Shown: positions 26,160 through 38,894, numbered from the whole stretch's first letter. The stretch: DNA of 61,659 nt, filler included, from Squatina squatina (GCA_031763465.1; 3 parts of 3 records of this genome joined end to end with filler, not necessarily neighbours in it); one strand, 5' to 3'. Notes: generated from the sequence alone by a model not told the origin. Translations and numbers: made by a program.

Positions 26160-27600
26160 TAGATCCCTTCAGCAAAATGCTATCAGCACCACTGATATCA
26201 TTTAGAGGTTTCTTAGAATGGCAGGCCTTTAGAAGTAAATAAAATACAATCTTGGATTATTTCACCGATAAGCGAACCGTGTAGCGATACATTCCTGAAA
26301 CAGGGAGCGTCTGAGCAGTTTCATAATAGTTTAATGATGGATTTTGCTGCAGGTCTCTGATTATAGACATCATACGAAGTCTTCCGCGTGCAGCAAGTAA
26401 ATTGCAGAGCTGTGATAATGCATGTCACTTCGGTCTTGTTTACACTTCCGGGCAACAAGCAGGATAATGGTTACAAGAAATATGAAGCGCGTTGATACAA
26501 AAATTATTATTAAATATATATTTATACCCTAGAAATATATATTTGGGTGCCTAGGATGGCCTCCACCTTCAGATGGGTGTTCTGTCCCGTTCGCCGCTGT
26601 CAAAACGGGAAATGTGATGGTGCCTGACAGACCCAGTTGTCAATGGTACTTTACCAAGACAAACAATCTTTGTAGCGTCATACCTTGTTCATAAAGCCTT
26701 GGGATTCAGATTTCTCCAGAGTAAAGGCCCTCAGCGAAGAGACTCAGATCAGTGGCCTCACTTATTTCATAGCAAAGACGTGCGTTCTGAACGGAATCTG
26801 CGTGAATCTCCATTACTTTGGTGACCTTGTATCCTGGAGATATTTGTTGGGGCACAATCTCCAGTGTCACTGAACTGTTCCACGATACTGGTGAAATAAT
26901 AAGCGGACTATTGTCATTTTGATCCAAGATAATAATGCTCACGATAGCAGAGCTGCTCAGTGGCGGGTATCCAGCATCCTGAGCTTGAACTTTGAACTGG
27001 AAATTCTTCAAATGTTCATAATCAAAGGAGCGCAGCGCGTAAATGCCCCCACTTTTCGAGTTTATCGTAAAGTATGACGGCGCAGAAACATCTTTTAACT
27101 GATTCTCCAGAATAGAATAGGAGATCTCTCCATTCTGGTCCAAATCAGGATCTACAGCGGTAACGGATAAAATAGATACACCAGGGGCATTGTTCTCCAA
27201 CAGGTACAAGTTGTACGAATACTGTGAAAATCGCGGAAAGTTGTCATTTACATCAGACACAGACACGACGATGATTTTATTTGTCGTTAGAGCAGGAGTC
27301 CCAGCATCCCAGGCGGAAATGGAGATGTTGTACATTGCAGTCGTTTCACGATCCAGTATATCAGTGCTTACCAACTTGTAGTGATTCCTTACATTGGCTT
27401 CAAGTTTCAATGGCACATTCGTCGGAATCTGACATCGAACGCGCCAGTTATCCCCAGCATCTCGATCTGTTACACTGAATACAACAATCGCCATTCCTGG
27501 TGCCGGATCCTCCGCTACCATTTTGATTACTGAGGTCAGCTTTATCTCGGGGGTATTATCGTTCACATCAACTATTTTAACCAAAACCTTGGCAAGTCCT
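26160..27600 (-). pseudogene. Protocadherin variable exon pseudogene (EC3 end to cytoplasmic tail)
   Basis: In-frame stops at 26706-26708 (TGA for Arg), 26640-26642 and 26529-26531, and further stops or frameshifts downstream, while homology continues (YLIIIFVST...KCKQDR...YRYTV). Confidence 0.88.
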
Positions 27601-27700
27601 NNNNNNNNNNNNNNNNNNNNNNNNNNNNNNNNNNNNNNNNNNNNNNNNNNNNNNNNNNNNNNNNNNNNNNNNNNNNNNNNNNNNNNNNNNNNNNNNNNNN

Positions 27701-29670
27701 TCCTTCACCAACACCACGACTCTTTGTGTAGTGGCGTCTTCTTCCGTAAAGCTTCGGGTTGTTCTGATTTCTCCGTTGTAAATTCCCACAGTGAAAAGAC
27801 TCCGATCAGTGGCCTCAATCAGTTTATAGGACAGCCGAGCGTTCTGACCGGAATCGGCATCATTCGCCACTACCTTCGAGACTAAGTATCCTGGATGTAT
27901 TAACTGGGGTACAATCTCCAGTGTCGCTGAACTTTTACGCTTTAATGGCGAAATTATAGTTGGAGTATTATCATTTTGATCCAATATAATAATGCTTACA
28001 ATAGCAGTGCTGCTCAGTGGTGGAGAGCCATCATCCTGAGCTTGAACTTTGATCTGAAAATTCTTAAGTTGCTCATAATCGAAGGAACGCAGCGCGTAAA
28101 TGCTCCCACTTTTCGAGTTAATACTGAAGTAAGCAGGCCCGGGCAGATTTTGCATCAGATTTCCCAGAATAGAAAAGGAGACTTCTCCATTCTCGTTCAA
28201 ATCAGTGTCTCGAGCTGTAACAGAAACAATAGCTGCACCAGGAGTATTGTTCTCCATCACATACACATTATATGAGGGCTGTGAAAATCGCGGAATGTTG
28301 TCATTTATATCAGAGATAGAAATAATTACAGTTTTATTTGCAGAAAGAGCCGGCGATCCAGCATCCGATGCAGAAATTGATATGTTGTAAAATGCAGCCG
28401 TTTCACGGTCCAGCTTATCTGTGGTTACCAACTTGTAGTGATTCCTTAAAGTGGCTTGAAGTTTGAATGGCACGTTCATCGAAATCTGACATCGAACGTG
28501 CCCGTTCTCCCCAGCATCTCGATCTGTAACACCGAACAGAGCGATCACGGTACCTGGTGCCGCATCCTCGGGGATCTTTTTCATTACTGAGTTCAGCTTT
28601 ATTTCCGGTGCGTTATCATTCACATCAACTATTCGAACCAAAACCTTGGCATGTCCCACGTTTAGAGCATTGTCCGCAGCCTGCACATCAAGCTCATAAA
28701 GGTCTGACGCTTCAAAATCCAATAAACCTTTTACCCTGATCTCGCCGGTTTCCGAGTTTAAATTAAACAAATCGCGTTCTCTTTGTGAGGCGTAATTGCT
28801 AAAGGAATAAGTGTATTCCGCGTTAGCACCTTCGTCTAAATCAGCAGCGTGTAGTTTGATCACCAAAGTATCTTTCGGTGTGTTTTCGAACACACTTGTC
28901 CTGTATATTTCGTGATCGAATACAGGCGCGTTATCATTAATGTCCGTTACAGTGATGATAATTTGAGCTGTGCCAGTCCTGTGCGGGATTCCACCATCAA
29001 TAGCCGTCAACACAAGTTGAAAGGATGATTGTTGTTCGCGGTCTAAGGGTTTTTCCAACAACAATTCAACGATTTTGCTACCAACGTTTGTGGTCTGCAT
29101 TTTGAGGCCGAAGTGCTCATTCGAGCTAATTTGGTAAGTACTGATAGTGTTTGTGCCGACGTCCGGGTCGTGCGCGCTCTCGAGAGGAAAGCGCGCTCCT
29201 GCTGCAACCCACTCTGCGACGTGCAATGTCAATATACTTGTCGGGAAAACCGGTGAATTATCATTTACATCTAATATCTCCACTTCAATAGGAAATACTT
29301 CCACAGGATTTTCTACCGCTAACTCCAAAGACATGGAGCAGGTAAAGCTTTCCAAACAAAGCTCTTCCCTGTCGATTCTTTCATTAACGATTAAAATCCC
29401 ATTTCCCATATTTACCGCGAAGTATTGCTTTCCGTCCTCAGAAAGCAGCTGAAACCTCCGAGCCGATAATTCCCGAATGCTTATTTTTAATTCTTCAGCG
29501 ATGTCACCAACAAAGGCACCAATCTCCATTTCTTCCGGAATAGAGTAGCGAATTTGTCCGAAAACCAGGTCTGAGGCACAAAGCAAGGAGATGAAATATA
29601 CAGCGCCGCTGAGTATGTTCACCATTGCTCTGGATTTTGTTCTACATATATCAGAATTTCTGTCAGTCAT
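27701..29670 (-). CDS. Clustered protocadherin variable exon, open frame from signal peptide to EC6 (3' end in gap)
   Basis: Uninterrupted ORF, QIRYSIPEE, six cadherin repeats. Start may be 29670 or the downstream MVNILSG ATG. Confidence 0.93.
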
Positions 29671-29876
29671 TTGAATCTCCGCTTTTTGAAAACACAGAAG
29701 AATGTTGGTTTGCGTTTAAATGCTGATATTAACTCCAGAAATGCTCCAACGCGACCTGAGCGATCCTTCTAAACATGGCTGCACCGCGAAAACGGAGGCA
29801 CTCTGTCTCCACCCGTGCGATTCTGCTCTGCATTTGATGAGGAGGGAGGGCATGGATCTCTCAGAGCGCCTCAGCT

Positions 29877-29926
29877 CCGTATTGGCAGACAGCGACACAA
29901 AGAGCCTCAACCAATAACTGCACCAC
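29877..29926 (-). promoter_or_regulatory. Protocadherin promoter CSE with CCAAT box
   Basis: Minus strand TGCAGTTATTGGTTGAGGCTCTTTGTGTCGCTGTCTGCCAAT. Confidence 0.85.
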
Positions 29927-30762
29927 ACTTTTCTTAAAGCAGGCATGTTCTTCCTTTTATTCCACAAATTATTATATTTAAAGGTGTTCAATTAAAATAT
30001 CCTACAACTGTTCGCTTCATATTTTCATTTTCTGGGCTATAAAAATATGCGTATTCAAGTTCGGAAATACAGTTTTACTGTCATATATATGTTCTTTATT
30101 CAAGTTCTGGAAAAATCGACTAAAAGTAAGTAAACTTTTACCGACATCGCTCCATATCAAGCATCAGTTCTTGTCCTTTTATCATTGATGTTTGTTGAAA
30201 ATAAAGTTTTTAAAAATGAATTAATAATACAATTTGGATCGTAATCGATCTTCACAGGTTCAGTCCTTGTAAATTGATTGGCCGCTTTATATTAAGGGAT
30301 AGAGCGGTGCAGTGATGGAACTGATCTCACTGGTTTCTTTCCGGATGGGTCTTTAGTTTAAATTCAAACCGTACTCTGGAAGTGAAAGTTTATTCCCTTT
30401 TATATTTTTGTGATAAATCTCACAAGCTTTCATAGTCGAAAATGTCCCACAGCCTAAAACTACAACTAGTTTCACCATTTTACAAAGTTCACTGAGAAGC
30501 GCCTCAGGGATGGTTGCTGTCAGAAAGGAAAATATATCATTAGTCTCATATTTAATATTGCTATGTTATAGGTAGTAGTGCCTATTAGTCGGCTAGAATG
30601 GAACGAACTCGGCGGCTATCACTTTTGTATCTCAGTTGCGAATGCGTAATGTTGCTACCAGTTATTTGGATTGGAATCGATCTTCATTGCGCACTGGCAA
30701 CATGTAATCCTCATCGCCGTGAGGACAATAACTGAGACAAAAACACGAGCTCTGCAGACAGA

Positions 30763-30778
30763 GCTGCCCTCTGCTGGA
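30763..30778 (-). promoter_or_regulatory. Consensus CTCF core motif
   Basis: Minus strand TCCAGCAGAGGGCAGC matches CCASYAGRKGGCRS. Confidence 0.6.
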
Positions 30779-31396
30779 AATGCGGCTGCTTTACTGCATC
30801 GCAAGTTTCGAGAAGAGTATTTGTAATTCGACGAAAAAATGCAATCTAAACCCCTTTTCTATTGTTCCATTGTTACTATGAAATGAAACGTCATGTTGCT
30901 GATAGGAAAGCAATGTAAAATTACCTTCCGCACATCAATTTATAATTGAATATCTAACGGTTATATATACAATAATTAATCAGGACATTATTTTAGATTA
31001 CAAACCAGCTGTTAGCTACAAAGCCACCGCTGTACGTTACTTTGTATTGAGCAAACAAAGGTCGTAAAATACCGATTATTCTCAGCAGTGTTTATATGTT
31101 TCTTCATCAACTATCTAAATTTCAGTGTCAAGCAAATAATAAAGCTGTCCTACACGGTTCAATCGTAGACTTTCGTCATTCAACGCTTCTCCAATACAAT
31201 GCAAAATCTCAGACTTTTCCCTTCGTATATCCCCAAACCTGTCTTTACGTGCATGCCTCTCTCCACCCGCTCTTTGCATGTTTCATAAACAATTTCNNNN
31301 NNNNNNNNNNNNNNNNNNNNNNNNNNNNNNNNNNNNNNNNNNNNNNNNNNNNNNNNNNNNNNNNNNNNNNNNNNNNNNNNNNNNNNNNNNNNNNNN

Positions 31397-32884
31397 TGAT
31401 TGCAGACGTTACTAGAATTCGGCCTGTAACAACATGCAGTAGAGCAGTAGTCTTCAGCAATATTTCTGTCTTGTTTATATTTCAGGACGACCAGAAAAAT
31501 GATAGTTACAAGAAACAAAATGGAAGTTGATCCTAAAATGATGATTAAGTAACGATTGAGATCGAAAAAATATTCCGACTGTGGGGATTCCTCAGTTCGT
31601 TCAGATGACTTTTCTGTAACATTCGACAAGATTGAAAATGAGATTGTGGCCGTACTGGAAAGGCTCGGCTGTCCGTTGTCCTTGACACAGATGACCAGTC
31701 TTTCTGTGATTATGTCTTGGTCTATTAAACGTCGTGTTGCTCTGATTTCCCCAGAGAGAAGCCCCACAGTAAACAGACCGGGATCAGTGACCTCCAACAA
31801 ATGGTAGGAAAGTCGTGCGTTCTGACCGGAATCGACATCAGTAGCGATTACCTTGGTGACCAGGTATCCTGGATATACTGACTGGGGCACAATCTCAACT
31901 GAGGCTGAACTGTTCAACGTCAAAGGAGAAACAATAACCGGAACATTGTCATTTTGATCCAAAATAATAACATTCACGCTGGCAGTGCTGCTCAGTGGAG
32001 GAAATCCAGCATCCTGAGCTTGAACTTTGATCTGGAAATGTTTTAGTTGTTCATAGTCAAAGGAGCACAGCGCGTAAACGTTCCCAGTTTTGGAGTTAAT
32101 CGTGACATATCCAGACCCAGGTCCCTCATATAACTGATTACCTAGAATAGAATAGACAACTGCACCATTCTGGTCCATATCAAAATCTAAAGCGGTAACA
32201 GCAAATATAGAAGAACCTGGTGTGTTGTTCTCCATCAGATACACATTATATAAGGATTCTGCGAACTTCGGTGCGTTGTGATTTATATCAGAAACAGAAA
32301 CCAAGATGGTTTTGCCAGTTGAAAGAGCAGGCGACCCGCCGTCCCAAGCCAAAATAGAGATGTTATACAATGCGGTTGTTTCACGATCCAAAATGCCATC
32401 GATCACCAACGTATACTTATTCCTCATAGACATTTGAAGTTTAAACGGAACATCTACGAGAACCTGACATTGAACATCGCCATTTTCCCCAGAATCTAAG
32501 TCGGTCACACTGATTGAAGCAATCACTGTTCCAGGCTGCGCATCCTCGGGGATCGTGCTGGATACCGATGTCACCTCTATCTCAGGGGCATTATCATTCA
32601 CATCAGCTAAGCCGACGATAACTTTTCCACGTCCTGTCAAACCAGGTGCACCGTTATCCACAGCTTGTACATCAAGTTCATAAATATTTGATTCCTCAAA
32701 ATTCAGTACTCCTTCAGCTCTGATCTCTCCAGATTCCGGGTCCAATTTGAACAGCTCGCGAATATTTTGAGAAACGTGATTGGTGAAACAGTATGTTAGT
32801 TCAGCGTTGGTACCTTCATCCATATCAGCAGCGTTGATTTTCACCACCAGGGTACCTTTAGGGACGTTTTCTGCTACAGTCGTC
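31397..32884 (-). CDS. Clustered protocadherin variable exon, EC3 to cytoplasmic tail (both ends in gaps)
   Basis: Open frame with EC3-EC6 and transmembrane segment YLIIILGSTSILFLVTIIFLVVL. Confidence 0.9.
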
Positions 32885-32984
32885 NNNNNNNNNNNNNNNN
32901 NNNNNNNNNNNNNNNNNNNNNNNNNNNNNNNNNNNNNNNNNNNNNNNNNNNNNNNNNNNNNNNNNNNNNNNNNNNNNNNNNNNN

Positions 32985-33245
32985 CAAAAGATCCCATGGC
33001 ACGATTTCGAAGACGAGCAGGGGTGTTATTGCTGTTGTTCTGGCCAATATGTATCCCTCAATCAACTTCACTAAAAGTAGATTAACTGCCCATTATCACA
33101 TTGGTGTTTATTGGAGCTTGCTGTACGCAAATTGGCTGCCACGTTTCCTACATTACGGCAGTGACTACACTTGAAAACTACTTAATTTGCGGCTTTGGAA
33201 CATAGTGGTCGTGAAAGGCGCAATGTAAGTGTTTTTCTTTTTTAA
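32985..33245 (+). mobile_element. DeuSINE (SacSINE1/AmnSINE1-like) 3' part
   Basis: cttgctgtacgcaaattggctgccacgtttcctacattac...gtgactacactt...gtcgtgaaaggcgc; similar copies near 8320-8418, 54759-54930 and 57900-58055. Confidence 0.75.
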
Positions 33246-34848
33246 CATAGGGCTCTCAAGCGTTAGTTGGCATCATTTAGACCACGGATTGGTCGGGACT
33301 CCTTTACACTAAATTTCGGATGAGGGCGCCATGATTTCAAAGCTGCCTTGGCATCTGCCAACATCCAGCCATAGTCTCTTGAAAGCCGCCTTAAGTAATA
33401 CAGTTGAGTTATATTCTTGCATTCCTCCATAATATATTTTCGCGTCATGGCTCAAGGAGCATTTACGGTATTGAACAGGAAACGCTTTAAGGGAGTTAGA
33501 TTTTTTTAATATGTTCTCTGTACCAGTTTTGATGCGTTTCCCTTTGTTGCCAGAAATGTTCTCGCTGAGTCAAAATTGGGCTCCCTCACTACCCCCAGAA
33601 GGGCTTCAGTTCCATGAACACCATTGCGAGTCATTCCAGTGAATCTCACTTAACCGTTGCCAAAATAAAATTAAACAATAGGATTAGGACTTTCCACAAT
33701 TGTAAAGTATTTCCTCGACATAGGATATATAGAACAAAGAAACCTGTGATATAAATTACATTATATCATAAATGGAACCGAACGTCAAATTCCTTCATTC
33801 CATCAGATTGCACAATCCAAATTCAGCTCAGAGAATCGCTGCCAAGTTCAAAAGTATCAGACGATCTATGGCCTTCAAATAAAAGCTTTAATGAGGTCAT
33901 AATAGGATCTTTCAGTTGACAAATGTAATTATATTGTTGTGAACTGTGTATTTTTTGAATTTATTTGGTTTAAGTCCTTATTTTAAACATAAGAAACATT
34001 AGTTACTGGGAGGAAATGGCACGCGAAAACATTCAGATAAGCTTTTCAATTATCTGCAATTGATTGTACAATCACAAAGTCTCATTATAAAACAGCAACA
34101 AGCGTGCGTGACACAAACTGCGACAGGAAGATGTAATACATTTAACATTGAGAATACCTATCACGGTGCCACCGACAGAGTTGCAGATGTTCACAGTGAG
34201 CATTTTGCCGGTCGCGGTTATCCAATTTATTATAAAGCAGATTACTTCACCAACCGCTTGGTGTATTACGGAAAGTCAGAAGCAAATCAAGAAATTAGTT
34301 GGAATTCAACAAATTTGATTCAATGGTTACATTATTTATGGCAATATGTATTCTTTTAAGAGGGTTTTTACTGTAAAACCTCAAAGTTGTCACTGCACGC
34401 AAGGGATTTTAATTCAACGTGGCTTTTGATAGTAAGGGTTTAGTTCTATGAAACATTGCAGTCGTTGGTAAAAGCGCCCCAGGCCTTGGAATTATGTCTT
34501 ATGATACTAACTAGTTAAGTACACATGCGATACAACACCAACAGAGCAGCGCAGGAGAAATGATTATGTACTTTATCAAAGCTGAAATTGAAACAAGCTA
34601 AAGCCAGGTTTCACGCTATGGTTAATATTTTGTGTACTATTCAGGTCTGTTAGAGGAACGGCAGGAATATTCACCACACCATATAGAAACATAGGAACAG
34701 TATGAAGCAGATTTACCATATCAAGCCTTCTACTAGCAATGTCATGATTTAATCAACTGCACAAAAATTACTTTCTCGTTGATCACATAACATAGAATAG
34801 CTCTTGATCAGAGTGAATTACCTGTCAATATAAAAGTTGCTGTCTAAT

Positions 34849-37225
34849 TTATGACATCGCGTTGGTATCGCGGGCATTCACTTCATTGAAAGGCAAGGTA
34901 GGATGACAGGGTTTTAAAAAAAGAAAATCACTCTTGGATGATTCTGGAGATAAACACACTGTATAACGATAGCCTTCAGTCTGAGCAGGCCCGCTATAAT
35001 TAAATGGTTCCTGTGGGGCGGGTCTCCGATAAGAGGGATCAGTCGAATGGCTCCGACTGCAACAAGAAACTGTGCAGCTGTCACCTTCAGCAAAATTTCT
35101 GTCTTGTTTACACTTCAAGACGACCAGAACAATGATAGTTATAAGAAACAAAAACGAAGTTGATCCTAAAATGATGATTAAATAACGATTTCGATCTGAC
35201 AAATTCTCCGACTCTCTGGGTTTGTCACTTCGCTCAGNNNNNNNNNNNNNNNNNNNNNNNNNNNNNNNNNNNNNNNNNNNNNNNNNNNNNNNNNNNNNNN
35301 NNNNNNNNNNNNNNNNNNNNNNNNNNNNNNNNNNNNNCACTAACACTTCGCGTGGCTCTGATTTCCCCAGAGAGAAGCCCCACAGTAAACAGACTGGGAT
35401 CAGTGGCCTCCAACAGTTGGTAGGATAGCCGTGCGTTCTGACCGGAATCAGCATCAGTCGCGATTACCTTGGTGACCAGGTATCCTGGATATACTGACTG
35501 GGGCACAATCTCCACGGATGCTGAACTGTTCCACGTTAAAGGTGAAACAATAATCGGAGCATTGTCATTTTGGTCCAAAATAATAACATTCACGGTGGCA
35601 GTGCTGCTCAGTGGCGGAGATCCAGCATCCTGAGCTTGAACTTTGATCTGGAAATGTTTCAGTTGCTCATAATCAAAGGAACGCAGCGCGTAGATGTTTC
35701 CATTTTTGGAGTTAATTGTGACGTAGGCAGACCCAGGTCCCCCTTGTAACTGATTTTCCGGTATAGAATAGATAACCTCACCATTCTGGTCCAAATCAAG
35801 ATCTAAAGCATTAACAGCAAATATAGAAGCACCTGGAGTGTTGTTCTCCATCAGATACACATTATATAAGGATTGTATGAATCTCGGTGCGTTGTCATTG
35901 ATATCAGAAACTGAGACCAAGATAGTTTTTCGTGTTGAAAGAGGGGAAGACCCGCCGTCCCAGGCTGAAATAGAGATGTTGTAGAATGATGCTTTTTCCC
36001 GATCCAGATTATCGCGTGTTACCAATTGATATTCATTCCTTGAAGATTTTTGAAGTTTGAATGGAACAACCCCAGGAACTTGACACTGTACCTGTCCATT
36101 TTTCCCCGAATCTAAATCTGTGACACTGATAACAGCTATTACCGTCCCGGGAACTGAATCTTCAGGGACCGTGCTGGATACCGACGCCACCTCCACCATG
36201 GGGAAATTATCATTAACGTCAATTAATGTGACCATAACTTTGGCGTGTCCTGCCAATCCAGGTAGAGCATGGTCCACAGCTTGTACATCAAGTTCATTAA
36301 CACTTGATTCTTCAAAATCCAGTACTCCTTGAACTCTGATCTCTCCAGTTTCCGGGTCTAATTTGAACAAATCGCGAAACCTGTGGGAAACGTGATTGGT
36401 AAAAGACTATCTTAGTTCAGCGTTGGTACCTTCATCTAAATCAGCAGCGCTGATTTTCATCACCAGAGTTCCTTTTGGGGCGTTTTCTGTTGTGGCCGTG
36501 CTGTAGATTTCATGATCGAATACAGGCGCGTTATCATTCCCGTCCACGACAGTAATGATAATCCGCGCTGTGCCAGATCTGTGAGGAATCCCGCCGTCAA
36601 TGGCCGTCAGTGCAAGGTGAAAGGCTGACTGCTGTTCACGGTCCAAGGACTTCACTAATAACAGCTCAGCGCTTTTACTCCCACCCCTTCTTGTCTGCAC
36701 TTTAATACCGAAGTGCTCATTTGGGCTGAGCTGGTAAGTGCTGATTGTGTTTGCGCCCACGTCCGGGTCCAGCGCGCTCTCGAGAGGGAAGCGCGCTCCT
36801 GCCGCAATTAACTCACTGATCTGCAAGAAGAATTCACTATTCTGAAAACTGGGCGAATTATCATTCACATCTAGTATTTCAACTGCAACACGATGCATTT
36901 CCAGAGGATTATCGAGCGCTATTTGAAAAGAAAGTGAACAGGTAGCGCTTTGTCTACAAAGCTGTTGCCTGTCGATTCTTTCATTGACAAATAAAATCCC
37001 ATTCTCAAGATTTACCTCCATGTATTGCTTCCTGTCATCGGAGACCAGCCGAAGCTTGCGAGTGGATAATTCCCAAGCATTTAGTTTTAAATCTTCGGCG
37101 ATATTCCCAACAAAGGCCCCGTGCTCCAGCTCCTCGGGAATCGAGTAGCGAATCTGTCCCGAAACCAGGTTCCACACACAAAGCAGGAAAATGAAAGACG
37201 TCCCGGCCTTGCGTGTATCCGCCAT
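34849..37225 (-). pseudogene. Protocadherin variable exon with one in-frame nonsense codon (gap 35238-35337)
   Basis: MADTRKAG...QIRYSIPEE; TAG at 36407-36409 (AELR*SFTNH versus paralog AELTYCFTNH). The frame continues through the EC repeats; after the gap come the transmembrane segment and tail ...SPESSKSDFLFLKP...AMS*. Confidence 0.75.
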
Positions 37226-38007
37226 TGTTGTGAGCTGGATTTTGTTGTAAAAATATCGAAGTCTCATCCAATCGTTTATAATAACTGCAAAATTGAGCCA
37301 CATATAATCTGGTCGCCGATATTAAACCGAAAATGCAAACATTAAATATTGTTGAACATGGCNNNNNNNNNNNNNNNNNNNNNNNNNNNNNNNNNNNNNN
37401 NNNNNNNNNNNNNNNNNNNNNNNNNNNNNNNNNNNNNNNNNNNNNNNNNNNNNNNNNNNNNNCCCAGCCTGCTACGCTTAACACATGTCATATCTCAAAT
37501 TACTTATATGCCATAGCCCAAAATGTTATTTAATCCTGAATTCCTTGTTTGTGTGCTTCACACCCATCCCATGTGAATAGCAATCCCTGAAAAATTGACG
37601 CACGTCTCCAACTCCTTGTTAATTATTTTATTTTCCACTTGCTGACTGTAAGGTCTGCTACAGTGAGCAGATGTGCAGGGAACTAGTGAAATACACACTA
37701 CAGATTAATTATAATCAAAGCCTAATTTTGGTTCAGTCCAAAATTTAGAACATCTGTGTAGGTAAGGCTACTCATTTAAGTTCTGTGACATGGGACATGC
37801 TACAGTGTTTGGAGCATTATGCTGTTGAGATGAATTTATATTTTATTATTAATAAAAATGTGCTTGTTTACTTATATATTCATTATACTTCAAAGCAATC
37901 TCAGAAATTATGTGCCAGGTGGCATAGTTTCAACACTTCAAACCATGGATTTATTTCCATGCCAGATTGCAGATTTTGCCCATCAAACATTAACCCTTTG
38001 CCATCAC

Positions 38008-38107
38008 NNNNNNNNNNNNNNNNNNNNNNNNNNNNNNNNNNNNNNNNNNNNTTAATTAATTAANNNNNNNNNNNNNNNNNNNNNNNNNNNNNNNNNNNNN
38101 NNNNNNN
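38008..38107. other. Artificial scaffold linker N44-TTAATTAATTAA-N44
   Basis: Identical to 15406-15505; 12-mer at 38052-38063. Confidence 0.95.
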
Positions 38108-38533
38108 CACCATCCAGGACAAAGCAGTCCGCTTGATTGGCACCCCTTCCACGACCTTAAACATTCACTCCCTGCACCACCGGCACACTGTGGCTGCAAT
38201 GAGTACCATCTACAAGATGCACTGCAGCAACTCGCCAAGGCTTCTTAGGCAGCACCTCCCAAACCCACAATCTCTACCATCTAGCAGGACATGGGCAGCA
38301 GACGCATGGGAACAGCACCACCTCCAAGTTCCCCTCCAACTTACACGCCATCCTGACTTGGAAGTCTATCGCTGTTCTTTCCCTAACAGCACTGGGGGAG
38401 TTCCTTCACCACAAGGACTGCAGGGGTTCAAGACGGTGGCTCAGCGCCACCTTCTCAAGGGCAACTAGGGATGGGCAATAACTGCTGGCCTTGCCAGTGG
38501 CGCCCACATCCCAGGAACGAATTTTAAAAAAAA
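38108..38533 (+). mobile_element. CR1/L2-group LINE 3' end
   Basis: TIQDKAVRLIG... homologous to 39130-39320; ends in an A-run. Confidence 0.75.
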
Positions 38534-38683
38534 GTATGTTAGCATCCAAGGAAGCCGGTGTATTGATTTGCCTTCCCTGGTCAGGTTATTGAAACCTTTG
38601 AAGCACTGGTTTGCCAACTCTCAGCCCCAGGACTGCAACAGTGCCAATACCACCTCCATCTACATGGCAGAAGTGACTTTTTA

Positions 38684-38850
38684 GGGCAGGTTTCCTGCCA
38701 CAGAGAGGGCACGTCCACATCCCAGCTGCTGGCAAACTACGTTGGCATCGACTGTGTCCCAGTCATCATCGCACACTGTCCCCCAGGTACCATTGTAAAG
38801 GATTTCCAAAAGCCCTTGGCAAGGATTTCTCCCATTCACCAAGCGGACTG
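38684..38850 (-). pseudogene. SRCR (DMBT1/CD163-like) domain exon, N-terminal half only
   Basis: T-rich tract plus cag acceptor, then [49 protein letters not shown], then a stop; the IWLD...C half is absent. Confidence 0.7.
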
Positions 38851-38894
38851 CTGGGGTCAGAATAAAAAAAACATTAAAACTGTTGATTTTCATC

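Noticed and set aside
27577-27700. Fusion of the 29670 exon with the 27600 exon into one long cadherin
   Set aside because: A 100-N gap separates them and the second piece restarts at the end of EC3, so they are two paralogs.
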